A stretch of DNA of 64,000 nucleotides from Parcubacteria group bacterium (GTDB lineage Bacteria > Patescibacteriota > Minisyncoccia > Phycocordibacterales > 21-14-all-47-15): the NCBI GenBank assembly GCA_016181845.1, contig JACOYO010000005.1, forward strand, positions 2,845 to 66,844. The letters are read 5' to 3'. A program made the position numbers and the translations under genes. Positions 46,521 to 59,266 of this stretch are shown piece after piece. The notes beneath the pieces were generated by a model. The model made no database searches, was not told the origin of the DNA, and saw nothing but the letters and a program-made list of their open reading frames with translations. Position 1 is the stretch's first letter. The number at the start of each line of letters is the position of its first letter.

Positions 46521-47342
46521 TCAAAGAGCGGAAATACGCTGTTTTAGTTGATCTTGCAATTTTGTATCGTTTGATTGCATGGCTACATCAAGAGCCTCTT
46601 GATAGTACTTTTTTGCGGAAGTTTTATCCCCTTGCCCTGCGTAATACTCGGCGAGTGTTGAGAGAAGAAGTATGTTTTTAGGGTTATTTTTCAATCCTTC
46701 AAGCAAGATACCGTCTGCCAAATTCGCTTTTTCTACATAAGAGAGCGAGTACAGCTCATGCATGCCGATATACGATGGAATAGAGTTTGGTTTTACACTT
46801 ATCGCTTTTCTAAAAGCAGATTCAGATTTTGCAAAATCATGTATTTGATAATGGTAGAAATTGCCCAAATTGATGTACGGCACATCATGTTCAGGCCACT
46901 GTTTGGTCATGAAAACCCATATTTCTTCGGCCCCCATATTGTCGCCAATCAATTTGCGGTACGATGCAAGATCAAGCCAGCTGCCAAAAAGCCCAGGTTC
47001 TGCTGCAAGCTCTTTTGCCAATTCAGCAATTTTGGTTCGGGCCATAGTTTCCGTCTCTGGAGCAAGCGCCGATAAAATAACGACTGGTCGCGCCAAATCA
47101 GGAAGCGGGGCGAGCAGTTTCGTAGATTTTTCTGAATTTGCTGTATTTGTCTCTCCTAAATTTGCGGTTTTATTTAAGCTGCCCACTGTTTCTGGTGTAG
47201 TCGTCGCCACATCAATAGGGACTATTTGTGGCTTATTAATAGTATTTTTATATACAGCATAACCAACAACAGTAGCTGCAAAAATAATCAAGAAAATAAG
47301 TATTTTTTGGCTTTTCATATCTAACAAGCATAGCAAAAACAT
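46521..47342 (-). CDS. TPR-repeat protein with an N-terminal signal/TM anchor
   Basis: N-terminal hydrophobic helix; the C-terminal 200 aa carry TPR-like repeats (AEYYAGQGDKTSAKKYYQEALD...). Confidence 0.5.
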   Translation of the reverse strand: MFLLCLLDMKSQKILIFLIIFAATVVGYAVYKNTINKPQIVPIDVATTTPETVGSLNKTANLGETNTANSEKSTKLLAPLPDLARPVVILSALAPETETMARTKIAELAKELAAEPGLFGSWLDLASYRKLIGDNMGAEEIWVFMTKQWPEHDVPYINLGNFYHYQIHDFAKSESAFRKAISVKPNSIPSYIGMHELYSLSYVEKANLADGILLEGLKNNPKNILLLSTLAEYYAGQGDKTSAKKYYQEALDVAMQSNDTKLQDQLKQRISAL

Positions 47343-47347
47343 AGATA

Positions 47348-47413
47348 TTTACAAAGGAGGAACCTTTGTAAGTTATTCACATATTATCCACAACGAAGGA
47401 GGAACCTTTGTAA
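47348..47413. repeat. REP2-family composite element, near-identical to 46431-46497
   Basis: tttacaaaggaggaacctttgtaagttattcacataTTATCCACAacgaaggaggaacctttgtaagtt. Confidence 0.75.
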
Positions 47414-47420
47414 GTTGGGC

Positions 47421-47462
47421 AACGCAAAACCCCCCGGCTCCGAAGAGCGGGGGGGTTGCGTG
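47421..47462 (-). terminator. Strong GC stem-loop downstream of the S-layer-like gene; a probable terminator that lacks a clear U-tract
   Basis: caacgcaaaaccccccggctccgaagagcgggggggttgcgtg. Confidence 0.35.
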
Positions 47463-47530
47463 AAGGCATTGCCTTCGCTTTAGCTTCTATCTCGTCCGTT
47501 GTTACACGGAGTTCGACCGAGAGAAACTAG

Positions 47531-50500
47531 TTAGATTGAATAGGTATGTGTTACAGAATCCATGTTTGATGTTGGCAACCCCGGTACCAAGTATCCGTTT
47601 GTCCAATCGAAGTCCGTAATCAATTCTGATGACGTCGTTGAGATTGGTGACCAGATAAAGTCGTCATTGATATCGTTGTCAACACCAGTTGCGCCAAGTT
47701 CTGTACCCGCAACATCCATCAAAGTTGTCGGCACTGCCGCATCTCCTTCTAGCTGAACAGTGATTTGCTCTGAACCGGTAGTCGTCCGCAAGTTGCCAAC
47801 GGTTGCTTTCAATTCAAAGTATCGTGTTGCGCCAGATGGGACTTTGTATGTCGTCGTGGCTGAAGCCTTGTCTGGATAGATCTCAACGATAGTTGGGCGC
47901 TTTGCATCTGATGAATCGTCGGCATTTGCACCGAGACCATTGATGTATTTATTTGCGTTAACCAAACCGTCTGAAGAGAATGTCGTATCCGGACTTGAGA
48001 ATCCAGAATCAGTGAAGGCGTAGAGACCGTAGGCTGAAGTGGTCGCTGATACGGATGATGAGCCCATAGTAAATGTCCATTTACCAAGCGCAATGTCTCC
48101 ACTATTAGCGGTTACACTGAAGCGGTACAATCTATAACCTGAACTGTTCTGAAGAGTCTGGCTTGGAGGATTAATCTTCGCAAACGTTGGGTATGCTTTG
48201 AAGATTCGTACTCCTGAAGGAGTTACGTCTCCAGACGTACCCGCAATGTTTGTGCCTCCTGCGACACCGACACCGTAGTTACCGTTTGCAAGACCGTTTG
48301 CTCCACCATCGTAAGCAACAATGAGCAAATCTCCTGATGCCGTCAAAGGACCAGTGACTGCTGATATACCGGAAATCGTACCTTTAATAGTCATTGTCTT
48401 AGACCCGCCCTGTGGAACACGGAATGCTCCTGATGCAATGTCTGATGATGTCGCGTTATCGCCATTGTTTGAGAACGTTGCTGTTCCAACCTGTGTGTTG
48501 CCATTCCACATTGTTACCTGGCTACCAACCAAGTCGATAGCTGTATTTCCTGCAGGGGTTGCGAGCTTGAACGCCACTCTCCTGATATCAATATCTTCAG
48601 ACGTTGCTGTAAATTTGATTTTCAAGAGTGTTGCTTCGGTTCCTGGAGATACGATTGTATATCCCGGTGTTGAATCATCCGCAACTGTGTATGAACCGCC
48701 TGTAGTCATTGTCATTGTCTGTCCGGCGCTGTTGTTTACTGTAATTGCTGAAGCTGAAGTTAAAGCTTGTCCTGACTGTACGCCTGTTGCTGACTGTGAA
48801 GCATCTGCGTTTGCAGAAATACCCCACTGGTACTGGTCAGTCGTTGTTGTTGCTGAAGTGTTGCAGTTCAAAGACAAGGTCTTTACCGTTCCTTTTGGAA
48901 TAACAAATCCATTGTCAAATGTGAAGCTCGTTGAAGATGCTGTCGCTTGCGTCTGTGCCGCTGTTGGGTTTACCAAGTTTGAGCCAGTCTGCAATGCGGT
49001 TGCGCCATCAGAAAGCCCGCAGTTTGTAAGGTTTGATGCTGTTCCAGCTCGCGTATTCAATGCCAATTTTACTGAATTGAAACGAATATCATCGCCTGAT
49101 TGTGACGCGTCAAACTGATACTTTGCGAAGTTGAATGAACCACCAGCAACTGCAGTCTGCGCCAATGGCGTTGAAAGTACGCTGATGGTGACCACCGGCG
49201 CTTTCACCGTCATTGTGTTCATCGTGATTGCAGATGAAGGTGTCGGGGTGATTGAATTACCAGTTGATTGACCTGTTACCGTGCCCCAACCGCTTGGTGT
49301 CGTTGATGCTTGTACAGTGTCATTGCTCGTGTAATCAGTGCTCAATTTACCTTTCAAGGTGTAGAGTCCCTTTCCAACCGGGAAAGTAACCGTATCAGTG
49401 AAGCTAAATGTGCCTGACTGAGTTACTGATGAGGAAGTATTTGCTCCATCAACTGGACCGGCAACAATATTGCCATTTGGACCAACTATGGTGACGTTTG
49501 TAATGTGGGCTACCGTATCTCCTACTGAGTTTGCAGTAAATGTCATGCTCGAAACAGAGATTGGTTCGCCTTTAACATCAACATTGAAACCTCCCAAAAC
49601 TTGGTTTGCTGTGTTGATTGAAATGTTTTGCGCGCCAACGCTTGTTGCCGCTTCTACTGTCAAGCTGCCGTTTGAAACCGTTGCCTGATATGCGTCATAC
49701 CATGGGTTTGTGCTTTCGTGGAACGCACCGTCATCTGATCCTGAAGTATCGGTACCGTTAGGAGGCGTAATTCCATATCCATACGTTTCACCCGTTACGT
49801 ATAGGTCTGTCCTCTTGTAGAGATCAAAGTCTATCGTACGAGCAGAACCGCCCAAGATATCACCTTTGATGTAGATTTCTTTTGAGGCTCCTTTGTCAAC
49901 AACGAGGCCTTCGCCAAATGTTGTTGTGTAGTATTTACCATCTGAAGAGACAACTACATCGTATGATGTTCCGTCAACGTATGTTTTTACATTTCCAATG
50001 TCAGCAGTCGCCGCTGAACCAGACTGATTCCATCTAATTGAATGAACGCGAACTTTTTCTGCTGAACCTGCCGTTACTTTGACTGATGAGAAAGTGTAAC
50101 CTGCTGTTCCAATTTCTTTTGAATTGCTTGCGCCAGGGTCAAGCGGACCTGCTGCCATCGTTACCGTGCCGATTGAAAGCGAGTTGTTTATTGTGTGTCC
50201 CGCGCCGGTGATAGGAAGAGAGCCTGAAACTGTTGCCGAGGTGTTAACCGCTACAACAGAAAGACTTGCAACCTGTCCTGCGTATGAACCCAAACTTGAA
50301 CCCATGTTTCCTGCAATCGTCATCGTGCGAGAGGTTCCCGCCTTTACAACGAAGGCATCTCCTACCGTTGCCTTGTGGTCAGAGTTCAAAGTCTTTTCAA
50401 TACCGAGCTGTGCGCCGTTTTCATCCAAAAGGACGATTCCGGCAAATACTGCGTCATTTGCAAGACCTGTGCGCTCAATCACTACGCTGTTTACTGTCAC

Positions 50501-51166
50501 ATCACCATCAAATCCTGCGGTGAGAGTAACTTTAGTAAACGGAACGCGTGCCGCACTAGCTGGTGCGAGCGATGCCGCTGGCTGGTCTGCCGACACAACC
50601 GACAATCCTGTCCCAGGAACACTTACAACCGGAGTTGAAGGTGTTGACGGGGTTGAAGGAGTTGAAGGTGTCGTTGCAACGCCGCCCATCGTGTTTAATT
50701 TTGCCCGTGTTGAGGCGCCGACAAAGCCGGTACCATTTGAAAGACCAACTGGGGTCAAAATATCTGAAGCGTATTTCTCTTGGAATTTGATAACTGCCGC
50801 TTTGGTCGCTGGACCAAAGAATGAAGTCTCATTTCCCGGAGAACCTACTCCGCTGACCGCGACTTTCGTGTCAGCGCTCATGTTCAACACTTTCTGAAGA
50901 TTCATCACATCGGTTCCTGTAGAACCTACTTTAAGGTTTACCGCGAACGTGTATGAACCAACCGAAGCGCTGCCTCCTGTCATTGTTGAAAGTTGTGCTT
51001 GGAGTGCCGAGATCGTTGCAAGCAAGCTGTTGATTTGAGCGGTAAGCTCTTCAACCGTTGCCGCCTGTGCGGGAACAAATACTGCTCCCATCATCATGAG
51101 CCCCGTTGCAATGCTTGCGAATCCAGCAATCACTTTTGAGAATGAAGATTTTCTAATTTTACTCAT
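47531..51166 (-). CDS. S-layer-like giant cell-surface protein (1211 aa) with a signal peptide, coiled coil, peptidoglycan-binding domain (PGBD-like) and a TPS-linker
   Basis: Signal peptide ..ATGLMMMGAVFVPAQA. PG-binding-like VGSTGTDVMNLQKVLN...FFGPATKAAVIKFQEKYA. A (TPS)4 linker, then >900 aa of T/S/G/A-rich beta-rich sequence. A ~900-bp AT-rich upstream leader fits a highly expressed surface-layer gene. Confidence 0.55.
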   Translation of the reverse strand: MSKIRKSSFSKVIAGFASIATGLMMMGAVFVPAQAATVEELTAQINSLLATISALQAQLSTMTGGSASVGSYTFAVNLKVGSTGTDVMNLQKVLNMSADTKVAVSGVGSPGNETSFFGPATKAAVIKFQEKYASDILTPVGLSNGTGFVGASTRAKLNTMGGVATTPSTPSTPSTPSTPVVSVPGTGLSVVSADQPAASLAPASAARVPFTKVTLTAGFDGDVTVNSVVIERTGLANDAVFAGIVLLDENGAQLGIEKTLNSDHKATVGDAFVVKAGTSRTMTIAGNMGSSLGSYAGQVASLSVVAVNTSATVSGSLPITGAGHTINNSLSIGTVTMAAGPLDPGASNSKEIGTAGYTFSSVKVTAGSAEKVRVHSIRWNQSGSAATADIGNVKTYVDGTSYDVVVSSDGKYYTTTFGEGLVVDKGASKEIYIKGDILGGSARTIDFDLYKRTDLYVTGETYGYGITPPNGTDTSGSDDGAFHESTNPWYDAYQATVSNGSLTVEAATSVGAQNISINTANQVLGGFNVDVKGEPISVSSMTFTANSVGDTVAHITNVTIVGPNGNIVAGPVDGANTSSSVTQSGTFSFTDTVTFPVGKGLYTLKGKLSTDYTSNDTVQASTTPSGWGTVTGQSTGNSITPTPSSAITMNTMTVKAPVVTISVLSTPLAQTAVAGGSFNFAKYQFDASQSGDDIRFNSVKLALNTRAGTASNLTNCGLSDGATALQTGSNLVNPTAAQTQATASSTSFTFDNGFVIPKGTVKTLSLNCNTSATTTTDQYQWGISANADASQSATGVQSGQALTSASAITVNNSAGQTMTMTTGGSYTVADDSTPGYTIVSPGTEATLLKIKFTATSEDIDIRRVAFKLATPAGNTAIDLVGSQVTMWNGNTQVGTATFSNNGDNATSSDIASGAFRVPQGGSKTMTIKGTISGISAVTGPLTASGDLLIVAYDGGANGLANGNYGVGVAGGTNIAGTSGDVTPSGVRIFKAYPTFAKINPPSQTLQNSSGYRLYRFSVTANSGDIALGKWTFTMGSSSVSATTSAYGLYAFTDSGFSSPDTTFSSDGLVNANKYINGLGANADDSSDAKRPTIVEIYPDKASATTTYKVPSGATRYFELKATVGNLRTTTGSEQITVQLEGDAAVPTTLMDVAGTELGATGVDNDINDDFIWSPISTTSSELITDFDWTNGYLVPGLPTSNMDSVTHTYSI

Positions 51167-51963
51167 AATTTATTTAATTACTAATGAATCCATAATTTTG
51201 CGAATGTTCATCTATGAAACACCTTGCAAAAAAATGGCTTGGCGTACTTATTTTTTATTGTTAATTTTTATTGTTAATTTAATAAAAATAATAAAAAATA
51301 GTGCGCCGCTTTTATTATTGTATCGTTTCGTATCATCTTGATACAAAACGCGTCCGACCAGTTACCTATTAAAAATATTCAACCGTTCGTGTCCCCGCTT
51401 TGACCCGCCCCAAACAAATACGACGAAGCAAGGTGGACAAACGAACAAATTGAAAAATCTTTCGCTAATTTGCTAATAAAGGTTCCTCGTGGCAAGCCCC
51501 CGAGGTATTAACCTATATTTCGTCTTCGCTCGTACGAAATGAGAATTGCGATTCTCATTTCGCTCCTCGCTAGCCGAAATAATTTTTTTAACGTTGTCTG
51601 TTTTTGTTGTCTAATTTATTTTGTTTTCAAGGTTCCCACCGCTATGCAAAATACTCAAAAATTTCTTGCGTCATTCTAACCTTAAATCCACTAATCTGAA
51701 AAATCCGCAAAAAACTTTTTGCCGTCATTATCAATTATATGCTGAATTTAATAACCTGCAAAATATTTAATGTGGATAACTTTCTATATCATTTCGGAAC
51801 CGCCTATTTACTTTTATCCCTTGAATTTCGCGACAAAAACACATCTTTTTGCATACTTTTATACATTTCTCTAGTTATACAACACTATACTATGCAGGCA
51901 AAAAGGTCAATATATACATATATTAGACGCCCGATAAATGATAAAGCATTGGCATTGACCACT

Positions 51964-52073
51964 TAAACGTCCGACCTCTGCAGTGGTAAAACATCGGCAT
52001 TGGCCATAAATAAAGGAATTACCACATCAGATGTCGGACGTCTCGTTACCACATCAGAGGTCGGACGTCTTAA
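51964..52073. repeat. REP3-family MITE-like element, second copy
   Basis: taaACGTCCGACCTCTGcagtggtaaaacatcggcattggcc...CAGAGGTCGGACGTcttaag matches 20209-20318, including the 16-bp terminal inverted repeats. Confidence 0.7.
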
Positions 52074-52885
52074 GAGACTAAAGAATACCTGCTCCACCGC
52101 CGTTCTCCGTTTTTTTTTAAGATTCCTTTCTGCACCAGATAAATCAAGTCGCGCTGTAATGTTTTCTCACTGCACCCACTAATACGGTTAGATATGTCTT
52201 TAATATTCACATCACTATTTGTGTCTTTTATAAGCTGTACGATTGTTTCTTTCCTTTCTTCTTGAATGACATTTTCTTTTGTTTGTGTATCAAGCGCTTT
52301 TTCAACTTTTTCTGTGCCCTGTTTTTTTATTGCAATGAACCCACGATTTTCATTATTTAATAATTTTTTTTCTGCTTGTCCTTTATCAATAGTATGTCTT
52401 TTATCATGTCCTTTAGATTTAACTGTCCCGAAATTGTCGATAGACAACATATTATCTTTTTCAAAAAAATGATTACCAAATACAACTTCTGTCCCGGAGT
52501 AGCAAAAATAATCACGGCGAGATTCAAGAAATGAACTTAGATTTAGATATTCTTTTTGAAGAATGTTTGCATTCATTTCAGAAACAACACCGCTCGTTCT
52601 GGCAATTCGCAAAAAAGCATTAGTCTCCTCTATGTTTGTTAATACCATTAAAAAGACATTTTCTTTGGCGTCTTTCTTGATGGGGGCCGTACAAGAAAAT
52701 ATATCGGACAAAATTATCAGTCCTTTATTTCGTAATAATGTCTTTAACGGTTCTGATGGCGGGATGAGGTCAGAGACAAGATAAAGCGCGGAGGTTAAAC
52801 GCTCCGCCATTTTTACCGCAAAATCAATAACATCCTTGCTTGAATCGCGGTATGACACTATGTCTTTTATATTTTTTGCAAACAT
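52070..52885 (-). CDS. Hypothetical protein with a C-terminal winged-HTH (putative transcriptional regulator)
   Basis: The C-terminus ISNRISGCSEKTLQRDLIYLVQKGILKKNGERRWSRYSL resembles the wHTH of the Fic-like protein at 975..2021. Confidence 0.4.
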   Translation of the reverse strand: MFAKNIKDIVSYRDSSKDVIDFAVKMAERLTSALYLVSDLIPPSEPLKTLLRNKGLIILSDIFSCTAPIKKDAKENVFLMVLTNIEETNAFLRIARTSGVVSEMNANILQKEYLNLSSFLESRRDYFCYSGTEVVFGNHFFEKDNMLSIDNFGTVKSKGHDKRHTIDKGQAEKKLLNNENRGFIAIKKQGTEKVEKALDTQTKENVIQEERKETIVQLIKDTNSDVNIKDISNRISGCSEKTLQRDLIYLVQKGILKKNGERRWSRYSLVS

Positions 52886-53118
52886 ATTTTATTGTGTCCT
52901 TTATTTTTGTCTTTAATAAATTTTTGTGAATTGAAATATTTATGGGAGTAATTTTCGTATACATGTCCATTATATATAAGGCACTCTAAAATAAAAGTCT
53001 TTTTGAGCAACATGAAATAACAAAGTAACGCTGTAAAGAGCCGCGTCCTGATATTTTTTGTTTCCACAAGAAATGTCGGTTTCTTTATGTTATGATGGGG
53101 TATATTTTGATAGAAAAT

Positions 53119-55362
53119 ATGGCAAAGAAAAAACCTGAACATCCGATAAAAATAAATTTTTTAAATACCTTAAAAGAGGAGACGAGGCGCAGTATGCTTG
53201 CCATTTTATTTTTTGCCATGGCTTTTCTTTTTCTGCTTGCGTATTTCAACGGCGCTGGTCCGGTGGGAGAATTTATCTACGCCACGCTGGGAGGATTTCT
53301 TGGTATCGGCTTTTCTCTTCTGCCGATTTTATTTTTTCTTTTGGGAGTCTCTGTTGTCAGAGCGTCCACATCGGATATTGCGGCGCCCATCACGGTTGGT
53401 TCTCTTTTGTTTATTGTCTCGGGATTGGGGCTGGCTGGCATGATAGCGCCGGGGGCAGGCGGGGGCATCGGCGACGCGATAGCCAACACGCTCATTTCTT
53501 TTTTTGATATATACGCCACGGCAATTATTTTGGGAACCATCGCCGCCATTTCCATATTTCTGATTTTTGATACTACCCCGCCGCTATCTCTTTTGTTATT
53601 TTGGAAAAGAAAAAATAAAGATGAAGATACAGCGATTCTGGTAAACGGAAATCAATTGGGAGAAGAAGCAGAACTTTCAGAAGAAGAGGCGGCTACCGAT
53701 GATATGGTCAGCCAGAAAACAGAAAGTGGAAGTGAAACTAAAGAAACCGACAATACAGACGCCATGCGAATCATCGCCCCTCTTTCCAAACAATCTTCAA
53801 AAAATGGAGGCGAGCTTGCATTTGCGGTTCAAATGAAGCGTGGATCTTCTCCATATTCCCCGCCCCCGCTTTCCATTCTTGAATACGACCGCGGGAAACC
53901 TGGCGTCGGCGATATTAAAGCAAACGCGAATATCATCAAGCGCTCGCTCCAGAATTTCGGCATTACGATTGAAATGGATGAAATTTCTATTGGACCATCA
54001 GTTACCAGATACGCGTTCAAGCCGGCAGAGGGGGTGAAACTCTCGCGTATTGTCGGTCTGCAAAACGATATCGCTCTGGCTCTTGCCGCGCACCCGCTTC
54101 GTATTGAAGCTCCGATTCCAGGGAAGTCTCTCGTCGGTATTGAGATTCCAAACAGCATTAAAACGACCGTCGGTCTCGCCACTCTCCTTTCCGCAAAAGA
54201 ATTTACCGAAAGGTCAAACCATCTCCTGTTTTCTCTCGGCAAGGATATTTCCGGAAAAGCGCATTTTGCCGATTTGGGCAAAATGCCGCATCTCTTGGTC
54301 GCCGGCACCACCGGCTCCGGAAAATCGGTTATGATTCACACGATTATCACCTCTCTTTTGTATAGAAACTCACCGGAAATTTTGAAATTCATCATGATTG
54401 ACCCCAAGCGCGTAGAATTAACGCTCTACAATTCCATTCCGCATCTCTTGACTCCTGTCGTTACCGACCCTAAAAAAGCGATTCTCGCGCTCAAATGGGC
54501 GACTAAAGAAATGGAGCGGCGATATGATATTTTGGAAACGGAAGCCGTGCGCGACATAGACTCATACCACAATACGGTCTTGAAACCGGCGCTTGAGAAA
54601 TTAAAAAATCAAAAAACAGAAGAGATTGACGAAGGGGAACTCCCGGAAACAATGCCGTATATAGTCATTATCATTGATGAACTCGCCGATATCATGACTT
54701 CGTACCCGAGAGAGCTTGAGTCGTCTATCGTGCGCCTTGCCCAAATGAGCCGCGCGGTGGGGATTCACCTGGTTCTTTCAACACAGCGGCCGTCGGTTGA
54801 TGTTATTACTGGCTTGATTAAAGCAAACATACCGGCAAGAATCGCACTGCAAGTGTCGTCGCAGATAGATTCCCGCACCATTCTTGATACAAGCGGCGCA
54901 GAAAAACTTTTGGGTTCCGGCGATATGCTTTTCCTTTCCGGAGAAATGTCAAAACCGAGGCGGCTCCAGTCAGCATTCATTTCTGAACAAGAGGTGAAAA
55001 AAGTGACGCAATATATAAAACAGCACGCGCGGGGTGAGGTAGCGGACGACATCAATCTCACCGCGGGGACAATGCATAGCCCGGCTTCTATTTTTGACGC
55101 GCTGGAAGATACTTCAGAAAATGGCGATGATGATGATTTGTATGAGGAAGCGCGAGAAATAGTGGTTCACGCCGGCAAGGCATCAACATCGTATCTTCAA
55201 CGAAAACTTAAGGTGGGGTATGCGCGCGCGGCGCGCCTCATGGATATGCTTGAGGAACGCGGCATTGTTGGACCAGCCGATGGCGCGAAAGCGCGCGAGG
55301 TGCTCGCCTCTCATACTGATAGCGGTTATGGCGCCGATGAAGAAGAGGGCTCCTCTGCTTAA
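53119..55362 (+). CDS. ftsK: DNA translocase FtsK/SpoIIIE; the start may instead be at 53092
   Basis: N-terminal TM helices, an acidic linker, Walker A LLVAGTTGSGKSV, a Walker B region, and the C-terminal gamma wHTH (ASTSYLQRKLKVGYARAARLMDMLEERGIV). Confidence 0.85.
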   Translation: MAKKKPEHPIKINFLNTLKEETRRSMLAILFFAMAFLFLLAYFNGAGPVGEFIYATLGGFLGIGFSLLPILFFLLGVSVVRASTSDIAAPITVGSLLFIVSGLGLAGMIAPGAGGGIGDAIANTLISFFDIYATAIILGTIAAISIFLIFDTTPPLSLLLFWKRKNKDEDTAILVNGNQLGEEAELSEEEAATDDMVSQKTESGSETKETDNTDAMRIIAPLSKQSSKNGGELAFAVQMKRGSSPYSPPPLSILEYDRGKPGVGDIKANANIIKRSLQNFGITIEMDEISIGPSVTRYAFKPAEGVKLSRIVGLQNDIALALAAHPLRIEAPIPGKSLVGIEIPNSIKTTVGLATLLSAKEFTERSNHLLFSLGKDISGKAHFADLGKMPHLLVAGTTGSGKSVMIHTIITSLLYRNSPEILKFIMIDPKRVELTLYNSIPHLLTPVVTDPKKAILALKWATKEMERRYDILETEAVRDIDSYHNTVLKPALEKLKNQKTEEIDEGELPETMPYIVIIIDELADIMTSYPRELESSIVRLAQMSRAVGIHLVLSTQRPSVDVITGLIKANIPARIALQVSSQIDSRTILDTSGAEKLLGSGDMLFLSGEMSKPRRLQSAFISEQEVKKVTQYIKQHARGEVADDINLTAGTMHSPASIFDALEDTSENGDDDDLYEEAREIVVHAGKASTSYLQRKLKVGYARAARLMDMLEERGIVGPADGAKAREVLASHTDSGYGADEEEGSSA

Positions 55363-55394
55363 AACAAAAAATTTTATCCCATATATACGCTGTT

Positions 55395-55748
55395 ATGCCA
55401 TACGCGCAAAATACACGAACAATGCTATACATAATGCTTACAACCGTTTGTGCTATAATAATCTTTGCCTATGCGTACTATCAGATGCGTGATTTTTTAA
55501 CCGGTCCTGTAATCGCCATAGCCACGCCACAAAATGGCGAAACATCGCGCACTGAGTTTGTCACCGTATCTGGGAACGCACAGCGCATTTCAGGCATCAC
55601 ATTGAATGACCGCAAAATTTTTACCGACACGAACGGGCTATTTTCAGAAATGGTAGTGTTATCACCCGGATACAATGAAATTGAAATTTCCGTGAAAGAC
55701 CGATTTAATAGAGAAAAAACGGCATTATTAGAAGTAGTTTACCGTTAA
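55395..55748 (+). CDS. Small hypothetical membrane protein
   Basis: One N-terminal TM helix; ORF only. Confidence 0.35.
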   Translation: MPYAQNTRTMLYIMLTTVCAIIIFAYAYYQMRDFLTGPVIAIATPQNGETSRTEFVTVSGNAQRISGITLNDRKIFTDTNGLFSEMVVLSPGYNEIEISVKDRFNREKTALLEVVYR

Positions 55749-55761
55749 AAAGTTAATAGAC

Positions 55762-56772
55762 ATGAAAAGTAAAACAACAGAGACAAAAGACATTCGCGCA
55801 ACGAGCGTTGACGAAACGCTTCGCGCCATCCGCACCAAATTTGGCGAAGACGCGATTATGAAATTGGGCGACAAGCCAAAAGTAAACATCGGAGCAATTC
55901 CCACCGGCTCTATTTCTCTTGATTACGCGCTCGGTGTCGGCGGACTCCCCCGCGGACGCATCATTGAAATTTTCGGTCCTGAATCATCTGGGAAAACCAC
56001 GCTCACATTGCATGTCATCGCGGAAGCGCAAAAAAAAGGCGGTGTCTGCGCGTTTATAGACGCGGAGCACGCCATGGACCCAGAATACGCAAAAAAATTG
56101 GGTGTTAATACAAACGAGCTTCTTATTTCACAACCCGACACCGGAGAGCAGGCGCTTGAAATCACCGAATCGCTCGTTCGTTCCGGCAAAATTGATGTTA
56201 TTGTCATAGACTCTGTTGCGGCCCTTACTCCAAAAGACGAGATTGAGGGAGAAATGGGAGCGCATCATGTGGGCAAGCAAGCGCGGCTCATGTCGCAGGC
56301 GCTCCGCAAGCTCACCGCCATAGTCGACCGAAGTAAAACGATTGTCATTTTCATCAATCAAATCCGCATGCAAATCGGCGTCATGTTCGGCAATCCGGAA
56401 ACGACCCCCGGAGGGAAAGCGCTAAAGTTTTATACTTCTGTGCGCATTGATATCCGCCGCACAGCGCAAATTAAAAAAGGCGACGAGGTTGTTGGCAATC
56501 GCGCGCGCGCAAAAGTGGTAAAAAACAAAGTCGCCGCTCCGTTCAAATCAGGAGAGTTTGACATAATGTACGGCGAAGGTATCTCACGCGAAGGAGAGCT
56601 ACTGGCACTTGGAGAAAAATACGGAATCGTAAACAAATCCGGTTCATCGTACTCGTATGGCGATATAAAATTAGGCCGCGGCTATGATGCCTCGCGACAA
56701 TTCTTGAAAGAAAACACAAAAATCTCAAACGAGCTTGAAAAACAGATTCGCGGAAAATTGGTGGAACAGTAG
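55762..56772 (+). CDS. recA: Recombinase RecA
   Basis: Walker [10 protein letters not shown], and L1/L2 loops with the conserved [14 protein letters not shown] block. Confidence 0.95.
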   Translation: MKSKTTETKDIRATSVDETLRAIRTKFGEDAIMKLGDKPKVNIGAIPTGSISLDYALGVGGLPRGRIIEIFGPESSGKTTLTLHVIAEAQKKGGVCAFIDAEHAMDPEYAKKLGVNTNELLISQPDTGEQALEITESLVRSGKIDVIVIDSVAALTPKDEIEGEMGAHHVGKQARLMSQALRKLTAIVDRSKTIVIFINQIRMQIGVMFGNPETTPGGKALKFYTSVRIDIRRTAQIKKGDEVVGNRARAKVVKNKVAAPFKSGEFDIMYGEGISREGELLALGEKYGIVNKSGSSYSYGDIKLGRGYDASRQFLKENTKISNELEKQIRGKLVEQ

Positions 56773-56779
56773 AAAACTC

Positions 56780-58795
<2,016 letters not shown>

Positions 58796-59239
58796 TTAAT
58801 ATGTTACCCGCAATGCCCGCTCTACTCGCCGCGGGTCATCAAGATTGCACGTGTTGTGTCCGCGCGATGTCACTACAATTTGCGACGGCGCGGTTTTATC
58901 AACCGTCACCTCAGCGCACGCGCCATTGGACAGCGGCAAAGAAAACGTGCTGATGTCTCCGCCTCCGACAAGCATATTGGTGTTCGCGCAAGTGATTGCG
59001 TGTGTCGTAGAAGTTGAAAACGCTTTCCCCTGAATATCCCAGTAGAGTGCGCATTCAGTCCCCGCGTCTGCGGCATAAAAAGCCAATTGGGAATCACGCA
59101 CTGACGAAGAGATGATGAGTTCTTTCAGCGTAATGGCGTGCAAACCGATACCGATGGATAACACGATGCTTGCCACGAGCACGGCATAGAGCAATACAAA
59201 TCCGTTATTATTGGTTGATGGCAATTTTATATATTTCAT
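58796..59239 (-). CDS. Type IV pilin-like protein (minor pilin / pseudopilin)
   Basis: N-terminal ..NNNGFVLLYAVLVASIVLSIGIG is a hydrophobic class-III-like leader with a degenerate G-F motif. Confidence 0.45.
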   Translation of the reverse strand: MKYIKLPSTNNNGFVLLYAVLVASIVLSIGIGLHAITLKELIISSSVRDSQLAFYAADAGTECALYWDIQGKAFSTSTTHAITCANTNMLVGGGDISTFSLPLSNGACAEVTVDKTAPSQIVVTSRGHNTCNLDDPRRVERALRVTY

Positions 59240-59266
59240 GTTTTGGATTTCTCAAGTATTGAGTTT

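Noticed and set aside
48321-50897. Several long plus-strand ORFs (265 aa, 257 aa and others) inside the S-layer-like gene, and similar ones inside secA, the 1241-aa gene and ligA
   Set aside because: They are antisense shadow ORFs, typical of GC-skewed, repeat-rich coding sequence. The minus-strand genes are continuous and have recognisable domains.
51167-51960. Possible ncRNA in the long spacer upstream of the S-layer-like gene
   Set aside because: Local hairpins are present (gagaattgcgattctc; cgaggtattaacc...), but I could not recognise any known RNA family signature (tmRNA, RNase P, SRP, 6S). The spacer is more simply explained as a long AT-rich 5' leader and promoter region.
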